Virus record (IMG/VR): IMGVR_UViG_3300036770_004723 | Location: 62,001-126,000 of that record | DNA: 64,000 nt | Strand: one strand, 5' to 3' | Shown here: in pieces, positions 28,658 to 38,637 of the stretch | Layout: each line of letters begins with the position of its first letter | How positions within the stretch are numbered: position 1 is the first letter of the stretch | Position numbers and translations under genes: made by a program | Notes under the pieces: model-generated | Database searches by the model: none | Told to the model about the DNA's origin: nothing | The model's input: the letters and a program-made list of their open reading frames with translations, nothing else

Positions 28658-30439
28658 TTAAGCTGAGATAAGATCAACTACAACGGCGTTGTCCCATAAA
28701 GTCAGACTATCGACGCCTTGGTGTGACTGGGCGAAGTCTACTAACAGAGGCTGATATGGTTGCTCTTCAGTCTCAGCTTCAGAATTTTCCAGATAACTTT
28801 CGTCAGTTTCGTCAGTTTCTTCAAAGTCTTCTTCAGATTCTTCTTCAGATTCTTGCTCTGCGATTGAAATCAATTCGGTTAGTTTATAGTTCGGCTGTGA
28901 CGAAACATAGTCACGAATAGCGTCATTATTCAAAATGCTCGACACGGAAGCCGCAAAAACAAATCCATGTTCAACATTTGAGTCTGTATCTTCTAAAACA
29001 GAATCAGTAATCTTTGACAAGATTTTAGTCAAAGACACTAACATCTGTTCAAACTTTTGTTCAGACCGGACAGAATTCAAAAAAGGCACATTTAAATGTA
29101 CTACTACGTCAAAGAACGATGTAGTATCAATTTTGTCTGAGTTTAAGCAAACTTTAATACCTAAGAAATTGTTGATACTGAAATCTTCAGGTAGATTAAG
29201 TCCGCAATTTTCAGACAACATTGTTACACTGTCCAGTGCTTCTGTTAAGTTATTTAACAGCGTGTGCATGGTGATCTGAATATAATTCAGAGGACCTACA
29301 TAAGTACGGTTTGCTGCATTAAATTCTGCAAGTAAACGCACTACGCCTTCAATGGCGGTAGTGGCAAACCCGACATTATGGTCGTTATTTCTGGCAGCGG
29401 AAAGAGATCTTAATGGATGCTGTAAATCGTAAACTTCACCATCAATACCAGAAACGTTCTCTAATTCTGAAATTTCTACAGAAGTCAGATCTTGATTACT
29501 TTCAGCATAAAGCTGAATGATTAAACGTGCTTGAGTTTGGATCTCAATATGAGGCACGTTAGTATCACGCAAGTAGTTTACTGATTCTACACGATTCATT
29601 ACATAATCTTGAGTCGTTTCGTTTTCTTCGTTTTCTTCGAATTCGGTTTCTTCGAATTCGGTTTCTTCGAATTCGTTTTCTTCGTTTTCTTCGAATTCGT
29701 TTTCTTCGTTTTCTTCGAATTCGTTTTCTTCGAATTCGTTTTCTTCTTCGGTTTCTTGATCAGGATCAAAATCAGAATTTAGACTATCAATATCCAGATC
29801 CAGTTCTTCATCTGTAGAGTCTGAAGATTCTGCTTGAATACCTTCAAATTCTGATTCGTCATCAACGGCGTTTAAGCCGGTTTGAATCTCATAGTAGTAT
29901 TCTAACAGCATACCGCGTAAATCTGTTGTTGAAAAATCACGCCAACCTTCATACGTATTTTGAGCCGGTAAATATTTTTCAACATGATCCACACAAGCTT
30001 GACGATCCATTTTGTCAACTGTAGAAGTTACAAGATCCATAGGATCTTCCACACCAGCGGATTCCAAATCATCTAAAAGAATACCGTTTAGCGGATCTTC
30101 TTCTGTAGTCCCATCTACAGAACCAATGTCATCAAGTGAATCTTCCTCAGATTCACTTGCATTAGATTCAGACGCAGATTCAGACGCAGATTCACTTACA
30201 TTGGTTTCAGATTCATCAAATGAAAAATCACGATCAGCTTTTAAAATCAGCTGCAATTCATCCAGAAGAATCTGACGAAGACCGCGCGTATTATTAGCGT
30301 ATTCTCTTTGAATTTCGTTATACTTATTCGAGCCTAAGCTAGAGAGTAAGTCACCTAAACCACGTACAGATAAGTTGTCCAGATTTTCTTGCACAGAATA
30401 ATCTGTTTTAGAATCATACGGAAGTTTGATTGTTTGCAT
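28658..30439 (-). CDS. Large acidic protein with FEENE repeats
   Basis: 593 aa, strongly D/E-rich. Confidence 0.8.
   Translation of the reverse strand: MQTIKLPYDSKTDYSVQENLDNLSVRGLGDLLSSLGSNKYNEIQREYANNTRGLRQILLDELQLILKADRDFSFDESETNVSESASESASESNASESEEDSLDDIGSVDGTTEEDPLNGILLDDLESAGVEDPMDLVTSTVDKMDRQACVDHVEKYLPAQNTYEGWRDFSTTDLRGMLLEYYYEIQTGLNAVDDESEFEGIQAESSDSTDEELDLDIDSLNSDFDPDQETEEENEFEENEFEENEENEFEENEENEFEETEFEETEFEENEENETTQDYVMNRVESVNYLRDTNVPHIEIQTQARLIIQLYAESNQDLTSVEISELENVSGIDGEVYDLQHPLRSLSAARNNDHNVGFATTAIEGVVRLLAEFNAANRTYVGPLNYIQITMHTLLNNLTEALDSVTMLSENCGLNLPEDFSINNFLGIKVCLNSDKIDTTSFFDVVVHLNVPFLNSVRSEQKFEQMLVSLTKILSKITDSVLEDTDSNVEHGFVFAASVSSILNNDAIRDYVSSQPNYKLTELISIAEQESEEESEEDFEETDETDESYLENSEAETEEQPYQPLLVDFAQSHQGVDSLTLWDNAVVVDLISA
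29613..29757. repeat. Coding tandem repeat (9/15-bp units encoding EEN/FEENE/FEETE)
   Basis: Repeated ttcgttttcttcgaa. Confidence 0.85.
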
Positions 30440-30476
30440 TTTAAATCCTTAGCGCTTTAGCGCAATTTGCCATTTA

Positions 30477-31574
30477 TTAAAAACCTAAACTTTTGAGTTT
30501 CTTCATTACTCGCGTTTTGTCTACATTAGGGTAAATTATTTCAGTACCATCTTTTGCAGCACAAAACATTTGATCAATTTTCACAAAAAACTTAGTTGAA
30601 GGATCGTTTGCTTTAGCTTCAGCTCTAGCATTACGACGCAACTCTCTATGAGCTAAACGCTTACGCTCAAAGGCTTCAACTAATTGACGCGCAGATTCTG
30701 CTTTTTCCAAAGCTTTTGCATTAGGTTTAGCTAGCTTACTAAATTCTGCCAAATAAAGCTGAGCAAGACCATTCTTTTCACGATATTTTTTCATCCAATG
30801 TAAATAAGGTGAATTTATATCAGTCTTTTCTCTAGCAATTTCATCCAATCGATCAAGGTCTAGATTAATCCATTGATCAATTAGATTTTTTTGATCACCT
30901 ACAGCATCCTTTAGTTTCAACTTACCTTTTAAAACATAAAGTTTATCGCTAGAACCAAAACAGTGCTGAGGTAAAACTTTAGGGAATAGACTATTTCCTT
31001 GAAACGTAAAATCCACGCACTTGGAAAATGTACGCTCTTTTCCCTTTTTTAAATAAGCCAAAAAAACTGAAACTAATTGAGTATCGTGCTGGCAGTTTTT
31101 ATAGACAGCATAAATATCATAAGATTTTTCGTTAATGTCTTTGGCTATGTTGACCATAAATCTAAGATAGTCAGTGCTAGGTATATACATACCGCTGACC
31201 TCACAAGATTTGTTTATATGTTCTTTCAAAGCACTAAGTAAAGTTTTTTTAGTTATTCGTTGATCTCTAAACTCTAAAGCGTCATAGCCTGCAATGTTAA
31301 ACCACAACATTGCATTAAGAGAATCTTTCGGCAAGCCAAGACCTACATAATAAAGTTTAGAAATATTTTCACAGGCAACAGAACTCCCACGCTTAGCCTG
31401 ATCGTAAAGACTACGCAAAAGATTTTTGGAAATTCTGTGCATAAAGTTGTTGCCTGTTTTTTGGTACTTATCTCCAGCAACAGGAACAGATTTAACTATC
31501 AAGGATTGTGTAGAAATAGTCGAAGGAGCTGTTTCAAACAAAATTCCTGAATACACTAAGTTCGAATAGTGCAT
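30477..31574 (-). CDS. Protein with a Sel1-like repeat
   Basis: AKRGSSVACENISKLYYVGLGLPKDSLNAMLWFNIA. Confidence 0.65.
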   Translation of the reverse strand: MHYSNLVYSGILFETAPSTISTQSLIVKSVPVAGDKYQKTGNNFMHRISKNLLRSLYDQAKRGSSVACENISKLYYVGLGLPKDSLNAMLWFNIAGYDALEFRDQRITKKTLLSALKEHINKSCEVSGMYIPSTDYLRFMVNIAKDINEKSYDIYAVYKNCQHDTQLVSVFLAYLKKGKERTFSKCVDFTFQGNSLFPKVLPQHCFGSSDKLYVLKGKLKLKDAVGDQKNLIDQWINLDLDRLDEIAREKTDINSPYLHWMKKYREKNGLAQLYLAEFSKLAKPNAKALEKAESARQLVEAFERKRLAHRELRRNARAEAKANDPSTKFFVKIDQMFCAAKDGTEIIYPNVDKTRVMKKLKSLGF

Positions 31575-31620
31575 AAGTACCTCTAAAGCTAGGGCAGAAT
31601 TTCTGCCCTAGCTTGATTTT

Positions 31621-33153
31621 TTAAGCGATAATACCGGCGTCTTTTAAACGATTGACTGCCCAAGCTTTCAATTTTTTGAAAGTAACTGGTTCACGGGTTA
31701 AAGTCTTAACTGTGTAGTTTGACTTGATTTTGATATCATTATCAGAACACAGTTGCAGAATCTGTGAAGGATCCATAGAAAGAACTGCGTCTTCAGTTAA
31801 AAGATCAGACTCTTCTTCCTCTTCTTCCTCTTCAGTGTAAGAAAATTCATCAGAGTCTACAGCAGACTCTTCTTCCTCTTCTTCCTCTTCCTCTTCTTCC
31901 TCTAAGGAATCTGATTCGTCAGGAAAGAAAGCATCCAGAATAAATTCAATTAACTGGTCGGAATCTGCTTCATCGACAAAACTTTCGTTCTGTTCCAGGT
32001 CTTCAGATTCTTCTTCACCTAAATTAATATAGGTGTAAATAAAGTTGCGTAGCTGTTTCTCTGTCTGTTCCTCTAAAACAGCCTGAGCTTCGTCACGATC
32101 TTCACAACCTGACAGAATGTGATCTTCATCTTCATCCATATCAGCTTCTTCGCGGTTATCATCCGCTTCTTCTTCAATGAAGTCTTCATCTTCTTCAATG
32201 AAGTCTTCATCTTCTTCGATGATATCTTCAGATTCAGTTAATGCCTGAAGATCCAACTTTTCAAAGTCTTTAGATCCAAGATCTAAAGTTTCACCGTCTT
32301 CAGTTTCAACAATTAAACGTGCAACAGGCTCACGTTGCAGGCCAGCAAAATACATTGCATTACCGTCTTCGTCAACCAAACGGGATCCGACAACAAAACT
32401 GTTCTGTTCTTCTTCTGTTTCCAAAGCTAAAGCCGCGAAAACTTTTTGGGCAATTCCTGCATTTTTTGCCACTTGTGTTTCCCACAAACCTGCAACAACT
32501 CGACTTAAGGTTGTTTCTGAGAAATTGAATTCGATATCATCTTCTTCAATTTCTTCAGGTAAATCAAAGCCGATGTCACAGATAATAACAACTCGATCCG
32601 TTAAAGCACCATCCAATTCAGGATCTTCAACTTGACCAGAACAAACAACACCAGAAACATTGGTAAAGCGTGATTCTAAATATTCACGCACTAAAGATTC
32701 AATACCTGGACGCACAACAGCAGCAACTTGCCGAACGTCAGTTACCAGTTCTTTTTCAATTTCAGGCTCTGATTTTTTCTCGGCTACTTTTGTCTTTGCC
32801 TTTGCCTTAGGTTGATCATCTTCAAAACTTTCAGCTACTTTAGCTTTTTGTTTTGTTTTTGTTTTTGTCTCAGGTTTCTTTTCGACCTCAGGAATGATCA
32901 GATAACCTTCACGCACTTTAATTTTGTCGGTGATATCAGCATAAGCTTCAGGATCTACTTCAAAAAAGTTTTGTCCTTTACGTGCCAAACAAGTTGCAGG
33001 CAACGCTTTGCGCCGATCTCGCATTTTGTACGATCTTGCACTAGCTTCAACAATCTTATCACGAGAACCGTCAAGCATCGTTACCATTTTACCCACTAAA
33101 GATTCGTTCGGTACTACATTAATTTTCTTAGCCATCTTATTCACCTTTTGCAA
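31621..33153 (-). CDS. Large protein with basic N-part, acidic C-part and HeH-like modules
   Basis: Probable start MAKKIN (33135); C-terminal VLSMDPSQILQLCSDNDIKI. Confidence 0.8.
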   Translation of the reverse strand: MQKVNKMAKKINVVPNESLVGKMVTMLDGSRDKIVEASARSYKMRDRRKALPATCLARKGQNFFEVDPEAYADITDKIKVREGYLIIPEVEKKPETKTKTKQKAKVAESFEDDQPKAKAKTKVAEKKSEPEIEKELVTDVRQVAAVVRPGIESLVREYLESRFTNVSGVVCSGQVEDPELDGALTDRVVIICDIGFDLPEEIEEDDIEFNFSETTLSRVVAGLWETQVAKNAGIAQKVFAALALETEEEQNSFVVGSRLVDEDGNAMYFAGLQREPVARLIVETEDGETLDLGSKDFEKLDLQALTESEDIIEEDEDFIEEDEDFIEEEADDNREEADMDEDEDHILSGCEDRDEAQAVLEEQTEKQLRNFIYTYINLGEEESEDLEQNESFVDEADSDQLIEFILDAFFPDESDSLEEEEEEEEEEEESAVDSDEFSYTEEEEEEEESDLLTEDAVLSMDPSQILQLCSDNDIKIKSNYTVKTLTREPVTFKKLKAWAVNRLKDAGIIA

Positions 33154-33224
33154 AAGATATTTTTGAATTTGATAATGAATTTACAGTATTGGCGCTGTTA
33201 AGTGCCAGCGCCAAGCACAAACTT

Positions 33225-33815
33225 TTAAAAGGAAATGAATTCGCTGGCGTCAACTGACACTTCACGGCCTTTTGAAGTAACACACTTAAACTTGCATACA
33301 CCAGCACGAATACTTACACCATAAATGGCCATATCGCCAAACTTTTCATTGGTAATTGTTTTGCCGAACATGGCTAAGGCTACACCATGTTCTTTAGCCT
33401 TAGCCAAAGAAACTTTAAAGTCGTCTTTGTATTCAGCGGCGTAATCGCCTTCACGCCAAACTTTTCCTAACGCACCAACAGTACGAACAAACTGTTCGGT
33501 TGTTTGTTCGTTTGGTGGTGTTTTAGTATTTACAGTTTTCGGTTTTGCAGATCCTGAATTTTGTTGAATCTGCGCTTTAGTAACCAGTAACAAACTTTCA
33601 ATTGATTTTAAAATGCGCTCAATTGATTTTGCATCAAGAGCATCCACTTTTAAACCGGCACCTGCTAAAACTTTTTTATCTTTAGCCGGTAATTCTTCAA
33701 AAGAAAAATTCTCTTCTTTTTGTTTGACAATACGTGGCTTGACCTGACCTTTTTGGTCACGATTTACAACTTTTTGATCACGTACTGGGAAACGATTGCT
33801 TTTGTTGATAGCCAT
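33225..33815 (-). CDS. Hypothetical early protein
   Basis: GAGGA SD, downstream of boxed promoter. Confidence 0.75.
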   Translation of the reverse strand: MAINKSNRFPVRDQKVVNRDQKGQVKPRIVKQKEENFSFEELPAKDKKVLAGAGLKVDALDAKSIERILKSIESLLLVTKAQIQQNSGSAKPKTVNTKTPPNEQTTEQFVRTVGALGKVWREGDYAAEYKDDFKVSLAKAKEHGVALAMFGKTITNEKFGDMAIYGVSIRAGVCKFKCVTSKGREVSVDASEFISF

Positions 33816-33880
33816 TTTAAGATCCTCACAATTAAAGTTTGATTTTGGAAAGTAGCACTATTGCCCTAACCAATGCCGCT

Positions 33881-33938
33881 ATTATACCAAGATCGATTAG
33901 TTTATGCAAAGTATTTTTTTGACACACTTCGATCAGTT
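33881..33938 (-). promoter_or_regulatory. Sigma70 promoter with upstream box
   Basis: AACTGATCGAAGTGTGTC-N11-TTGCAT-N17-TATAAT. Confidence 0.85.
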
Positions 33939-33947
33939 AACTTACTG

Positions 33948-34043
33948 TTGATTGCGCAAGTTCTAAAGTTTGTACTTAAGTAGACTTGCTTCAGATTATC
34001 CACTTAGATACAAACTTTTTTGTATCTAGTTCTCTGCAACCAA
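33948..34043 (-). ncRNA. Candidate ~96-nt three-way-junction small RNA
   Basis: Closing stem TTGGTTGC/GCAATCAA, two internal hairpins, begins just after a -10 element, no ORF. Confidence 0.5.
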
Positions 34044-34050
34044 TGACGAT

Positions 34051-34108
34051 ATTATAACAAAATACATAGTAAGGTACAACATGTATTTTTGACACACCAA
34101 GATCAGTT
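34051..34108 (-). promoter_or_regulatory. Sigma70 promoter with upstream box
   Basis: AACTGATCTTGGTGTGTC-N11-TTGTAC-N17-TATAAT. Confidence 0.85.
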
Positions 34109-34471
34109 GGCGTTATACCTATCCAACATCAGACGTAGTTGACTTTCTTTTGTAGGAAAACCAATAACAGTAAAATCCGTAAACAATTTCAGGGCATTAT
34201 GCAATGACAGTTTAAATAGATCTTCAGACTTATTTGTACGTACCGTAACATTGAAAATATCTTGCGTTGATTTTGATAAGGTAACTACACGGTAAGTCAT
34301 GCCAGACTGAGTGAATACCAACTTCGTATCCACATATTTAAATTGAGATAAAAAGATTGGACGTTCTTTACCGTATCCAATCAATAATTCCAGTTTCCTC
34401 CAGTGACTATAATTAATGTCAGTCACATGTTCAGCAATAAATTGCTGTATTGCTTGTTTACCTTCAAACAT
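34103..34471 (-). CDS. Hypothetical protein
   Basis: ORF with SD. Confidence 0.65.
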   Translation of the reverse strand: MFEGKQAIQQFIAEHVTDINYSHWRKLELLIGYGKERPIFLSQFKYVDTKLVFTQSGMTYRVVTLSKSTQDIFNVTVRTNKSEDLFKLSLHNALKLFTDFTVIGFPTKESQLRLMLDRYNAN

Positions 34472-34482
34472 AACTGGTTTCC

Positions 34483-34734
34483 TTAAGTAAGTTCAAGATT
34501 GGGTTTAACCAGTTTAATTATATTTAGCTGGTCACTACGGAAACAATTTCCGTCCTGTGTTATACCTGTAAAGTATCTCTGGCCTTTATGAGATTGAGCA
34601 ACTTTTTCAACAATCAAAACTAAGGCGTTTTGTTGTTTACCGTCTAAAAATACGGAAATGACGGTTAAAGGTTTTAAGTCTTCAGGCTTCATATTAGCCG
34701 GAAAACCTTTATTAACATTTAGTACGTTAATCAT
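34483..34734 (-). CDS. Hypothetical protein
   Basis: ORF downstream of boxed promoter. Confidence 0.65.
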   Translation of the reverse strand: MINVLNVNKGFPANMKPEDLKPLTVISVFLDGKQQNALVLIVEKVAQSHKGQRYFTGITQDGNCFRSDQLNIIKLVKPNLELT

Positions 34735-34763
34735 GCTGTTTCCTTTTGCTTTAACTTGAGTAC

Positions 34764-34821
34764 ATTATAACAAAAGGCGGCATTTATGTATACCGCCTTT
34801 TTTGACACACCAAGATTAGTT
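34764..34821 (-). promoter_or_regulatory. Sigma70 promoter with upstream box, overlapping a terminator-like hairpin
   Basis: AACTAATCTTGGTGTGTC-N11-TATACA-N17-TATAAT; AAAAGGCGG/CCGCCTTTT inverted repeat inside. Confidence 0.75.
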
Positions 34822-36822
34822 GGCGGTTGAGTTCAATTTTAAAATAGTTGTCAACTGCGAAAGTAATGAACCTACTTTATTTGGTGCCATATTAATGCGC
34901 TGTTTAGATAGTGTTTCGGTATATGAATCAAAGATTTGAAATACAGCATCAAACACTTTAATGGTAGAATCTCCAATTTCATTTTCTTGATCAGCGAACA
35001 GATTCAACGATACACCAAACTGTTTGATTATACTCATTAAAGGCTTTTCAGGCATTGTGGTCGATCCTAATGCCTGAACATTAAGGAGTTCCGAAGATAT
35101 TACACTAACACCTCGAATAATAGCTGCCATATCGACAAGCGAACTTAATTCATCAAGATTATTAATCAAGCGAATTAAGTTTTTTGCCCGCATTCCGGTA
35201 GTAATAGTAGTAGGTAATCCATAAGGAACATCCTGATAGATGTTTTTGATGTCACTGCTTTCTTTAACTCCCACAGTGTATTGGAAAATATCTTCTAAGC
35301 CTAAAGCAACGAATAAGGCTCTTAGAGTATTTCCGCCGTAAGTAAGTAATTCACCTGCAAGATTTTCGTCAAACTGTCCATCTCGGCTATACAAGCTTTT
35401 CATAGTAACTAAGGCCGTATATGCACTGTTACTATCATAATCTACTTTTTTATCCAAGAAACCTTGGAAGAAGTTCATAAGGAAAAAAGAAATAGGGGCT
35501 TTACTTCTCTTCAACCAGTTTCTGTAATTGGTTAATTCAGGATTATGTAAAGCACTTAAAATATTTATTACAGGCTCCAGAACCACATTACCTAAGTGGT
35601 GTGTCAGAGTTAAAAACTTTTCTATTGTAGTGTAATCAATAATCGGTTCTTTTTGAGTCAGACAACGCAAAAGACTCATTAAATCAATCAGAACACCTAG
35701 ATTAGTTGTACGACTATTTCTTGCAACTCGTACATGTGCCTGTGTATTTAAAAACATGGCGGTTACTTGAGTCAAAAGTAATCTTAAAGATGTATCAAGT
35801 ACCGCAATATTCTTTTCATTCGACCTAATAAGAGTATTTACATCGTAAGGTTCAAATAAAAGGCTAATGTAGATCTTGGCTAAGTTTACCGCTTGTTTTT
35901 CACTTACTTCAGTGAATTTACCTACGCAAGTTAAACTCAAAGGATTAGGTTGAAGATTAACATAATCAGGTAATACCGAAATTAATTTATCAGGATCCAT
36001 TAAAAGTTGTTCAGCTGGTTCCTTATTACCTAAAGCTTTCAATGTCTGTTTAAATTCAGAAAGCAATTGTTTTGAATGCTTTTCCGTAAACCAACTTAAA
36101 TCAGGCAAAGCTTCGATAGCATTTTCTGACAGATCCACTTCAGGTCCTAGAACATCAACTGATTTGTTACCTGCCTGACTTTCTTCTGTTTCTACTGGCT
36201 CGGGTTTAGTTTGAACTTTTACAAAACTACTTAATTCAACACGTCCCGATTTTGTAGATGATTGTGTTGATAAGTCCGTGTCTGTTTTTACGGGTGTAAT
36301 TTCATCAAGCATTTTATTTCGGATTTCCTTTGAATCCAAAAGTGCATATAATTGATGGAACATAAACGATGATACGAGGATCATCCAATTGTTTTCATTA
36401 CACTTTCTTAACCATTGTACGATCTCAGGGTACACGGAACCTAAACTTGTAGATTTTTCATTTAAGATAGCGTGTTTGTAATTAAGTGCAGCCCCAAGCG
36501 GAAGTAAATTGCACTTAGAGATATCCTCAAGTTTTATACCTTTAACTTTAGGTCGCTGAACATTTTCAATTTTCTCCATAATAGGTTCGGAGAATTCGAT
36601 TTGAAAAAACACAAAAGACTCTGGAACATTACATACATTACGCAAAGAAGAAAGCCTTTCTTCTGAAAGTAACTGGAAATGCTCACTAACGTTCAACATG
36701 TTGACACCATTCACAAGAATGAGTCCATTTCCACGAATAGATTTCATAACGAATAATTCGGAAATACCTACTATTACTGAATTAACGCTAACGAAACTTA
36801 ATGGTGTATTTGCAGCTATCAT
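34816..36822 (-). CDS. Hypothetical protein (668 aa)
   Basis: Long ORF, GAGGA SD; KSGRVELSSF in the linker. Confidence 0.8.
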   Translation of the reverse strand: MIAANTPLSFVSVNSVIVGISELFVMKSIRGNGLILVNGVNMLNVSEHFQLLSEERLSSLRNVCNVPESFVFFQIEFSEPIMEKIENVQRPKVKGIKLEDISKCNLLPLGAALNYKHAILNEKSTSLGSVYPEIVQWLRKCNENNWMILVSSFMFHQLYALLDSKEIRNKMLDEITPVKTDTDLSTQSSTKSGRVELSSFVKVQTKPEPVETEESQAGNKSVDVLGPEVDLSENAIEALPDLSWFTEKHSKQLLSEFKQTLKALGNKEPAEQLLMDPDKLISVLPDYVNLQPNPLSLTCVGKFTEVSEKQAVNLAKIYISLLFEPYDVNTLIRSNEKNIAVLDTSLRLLLTQVTAMFLNTQAHVRVARNSRTTNLGVLIDLMSLLRCLTQKEPIIDYTTIEKFLTLTHHLGNVVLEPVINILSALHNPELTNYRNWLKRSKAPISFFLMNFFQGFLDKKVDYDSNSAYTALVTMKSLYSRDGQFDENLAGELLTYGGNTLRALFVALGLEDIFQYTVGVKESSDIKNIYQDVPYGLPTTITTGMRAKNLIRLINNLDELSSLVDMAAIIRGVSVISSELLNVQALGSTTMPEKPLMSIIKQFGVSLNLFADQENEIGDSTIKVFDAVFQIFDSYTETLSKQRINMAPNKVGSLLSQLTTILKLNSTAN

Positions 36823-36831
36823 AAAATCCTC

Positions 36832-37095
36832 TCAATGATTTAAACTTAGTTCAATGGTAAATAAATAATCTTCGATCATGAATTCGTAGGATGTTTCCGA
36901 AATTTTCGTTACTTCGACTTCATTACAAAAATCTTTTAATTCGGCTTCATCAAGTTCTTCACAAAAGCCTTCTAGGCTAAGGTGAACGTAGGCATTTTGA
37001 ATGGCCTCTAAAATAAGATGTTCAATATTATTGTCAGTTGAGATAAATGAGCCTACTATCTCAACCTCGTCACTTTCAGTATTTAAATATTCCAT
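36832..37095 (-). CDS. Small acidic protein (DNA-mimic candidate)
   Basis: 87 aa, very E/D-rich. Confidence 0.6.
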   Translation of the reverse strand: MEYLNTESDEVEIVGSFISTDNNIEHLILEAIQNAYVHLSLEGFCEELDEAELKDFCNEVEVTKISETSYEFMIEDYLFTIELSLNH

Positions 37096-37138
37096 TTTAA
37101 GATTCTCACAAAAATTTGTTGTTATATTGGTTAGGGTT

Positions 37139-37906
37139 TTACTGTTTATCCTTTATGCTTTTCTTTTTCATTACTGATTTAAAGATTCTACTTTTTTGGT
37201 CATCATCAAGAATAACTTCTTCAGCTTTTTCTATAAGCTGAAAACAATTAGATACATCGACGACCTTATCAAACTTTTTATACTTTGATAAGTGATTTAG
37301 TTTTTTAGGTGAAACGAAAACTAAATCACGCCAATCAAGCCTGTCAATAGGTCGGAAACTTTGGCTTATACCTACCTTGCCCGACTGGTCAAGTACCACC
37401 GTAAATTCTGTTGCTTTCAACGATTGCTGACAGCGAATACATTTACCGTGCTTACTTGTAGATAATCGACTATGACCTATTGATTTACATACCATCGGAG
37501 CAATATCTTCCAATGGAAGATTTAATCTTTCCAAATTTTTGATATCTACGAAAGTGGTAGATCTATCTTTCAATTGAAAGATAAACTCTTCATCATTGTA
37601 GCCAATCGCGTCTTCAAAAGCTGAATGATTGTCACGAAACAGATAATAATGCTTTTTGGGTTTTTGTTCATCACTTGCTTTTTGTATAGTAGGCAAGCTA
37701 ATAAGGCTAATACCTACCAGCATCAGATTTTCCTGCAAACGAACAATTGCAGTAGTATCTTCTTTAAGTTCTTGACCAGAAATATCAAGAACAGATGCAA
37801 GCTGCTCAAAAGTAAGCTTTATGATGGTGTCCCCATTTAAAATTCTTGATACGAATTGCTGCACTGATAATACCATCTGATCCATTTTTGCATCAGTCAA
37901 TTTCAT
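37139..37906 (-). CDS. Hypothetical protein
   Basis: C..GH...CIRC possible zinc site. Confidence 0.7.
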   Translation of the reverse strand: MKLTDAKMDQMVLSVQQFVSRILNGDTIIKLTFEQLASVLDISGQELKEDTTAIVRLQENLMLVGISLISLPTIQKASDEQKPKKHYYLFRDNHSAFEDAIGYNDEEFIFQLKDRSTTFVDIKNLERLNLPLEDIAPMVCKSIGHSRLSTSKHGKCIRCQQSLKATEFTVVLDQSGKVGISQSFRPIDRLDWRDLVFVSPKKLNHLSKYKKFDKVVDVSNCFQLIEKAEEVILDDDQKSRIFKSVMKKKSIKDKQ

Positions 37907-38523
37907 AAGAACGCTCCAACGTAAATTTTAACAACTCTATTTTCTTCCATTTCACGCAACCACTCACGAACTTGCATGGTTAGTTTTCCAGACTTGTTTT
38001 CACCGTTACCACTATCATCGGTTCCCCAAAACAATTCTTTGTCCCAAGGCGACAGTTCGATCAATTCTGCTTTATCTGTAGCAATTAACCACTTGCGGAG
38101 ATAGTAGTTCTGCATGTACTTTGCTTTTAGTACAGCCAACATTACAGGCTCTCGAATATCAAACCAATCTTTACGCATTACACATCCGGCTTTTTCGCTG
38201 CCTTGATAACGGGCATCACTGGCTTTCACGCAGTTGTAGATTTTTTGTCTTTGTTCTGGACTGCGCGTTTTGAAATACTGAAAAGCGGCTTCAGCATTAG
38301 CAAACGTTAGTGTTTCGTCGCTGCCTTTTTCAAGGTAAAGGACGATCATACAATTTTGAAAATTACTTAACCAACTATGTTGGGTGATACTGGCATTATA
38401 CCGAATGTAGTTTGCTTCTGATTTTTTTGAAGAAACAGATTTTAACGGCTTTACTTTAACTACATTTTTCACTTTGTCACTTTTTTTCACAATCTTTTCA
38501 TTGCCTACTTTTAATTTTTTCAT
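37903..38523 (-). CDS. NADAR (YbiA-like) protein
   Basis: WLSNF, AEAAFQYFK, DWFDIREPVM..VLKAK, LIELSPWD.FWG, GENKSGKLTMQVR. Confidence 0.92.
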   Translation of the reverse strand: MKKLKVGNEKIVKKSDKVKNVVKVKPLKSVSSKKSEANYIRYNASITQHSWLSNFQNCMIVLYLEKGSDETLTFANAEAAFQYFKTRSPEQRQKIYNCVKASDARYQGSEKAGCVMRKDWFDIREPVMLAVLKAKYMQNYYLRKWLIATDKAELIELSPWDKELFWGTDDSGNGENKSGKLTMQVREWLREMEENRVVKIYVGAFL

Positions 38524-38637
38524 CAGATTCTCGCTTATTTAATAGTTTAACAACGTCAACACCCAAGGATTTGAGTGCATCAGATAGAATTTTCTTTTGT
38601 TGTCGTAAAAGCACAACTTTCTTCTTAAGTCTCCTAT

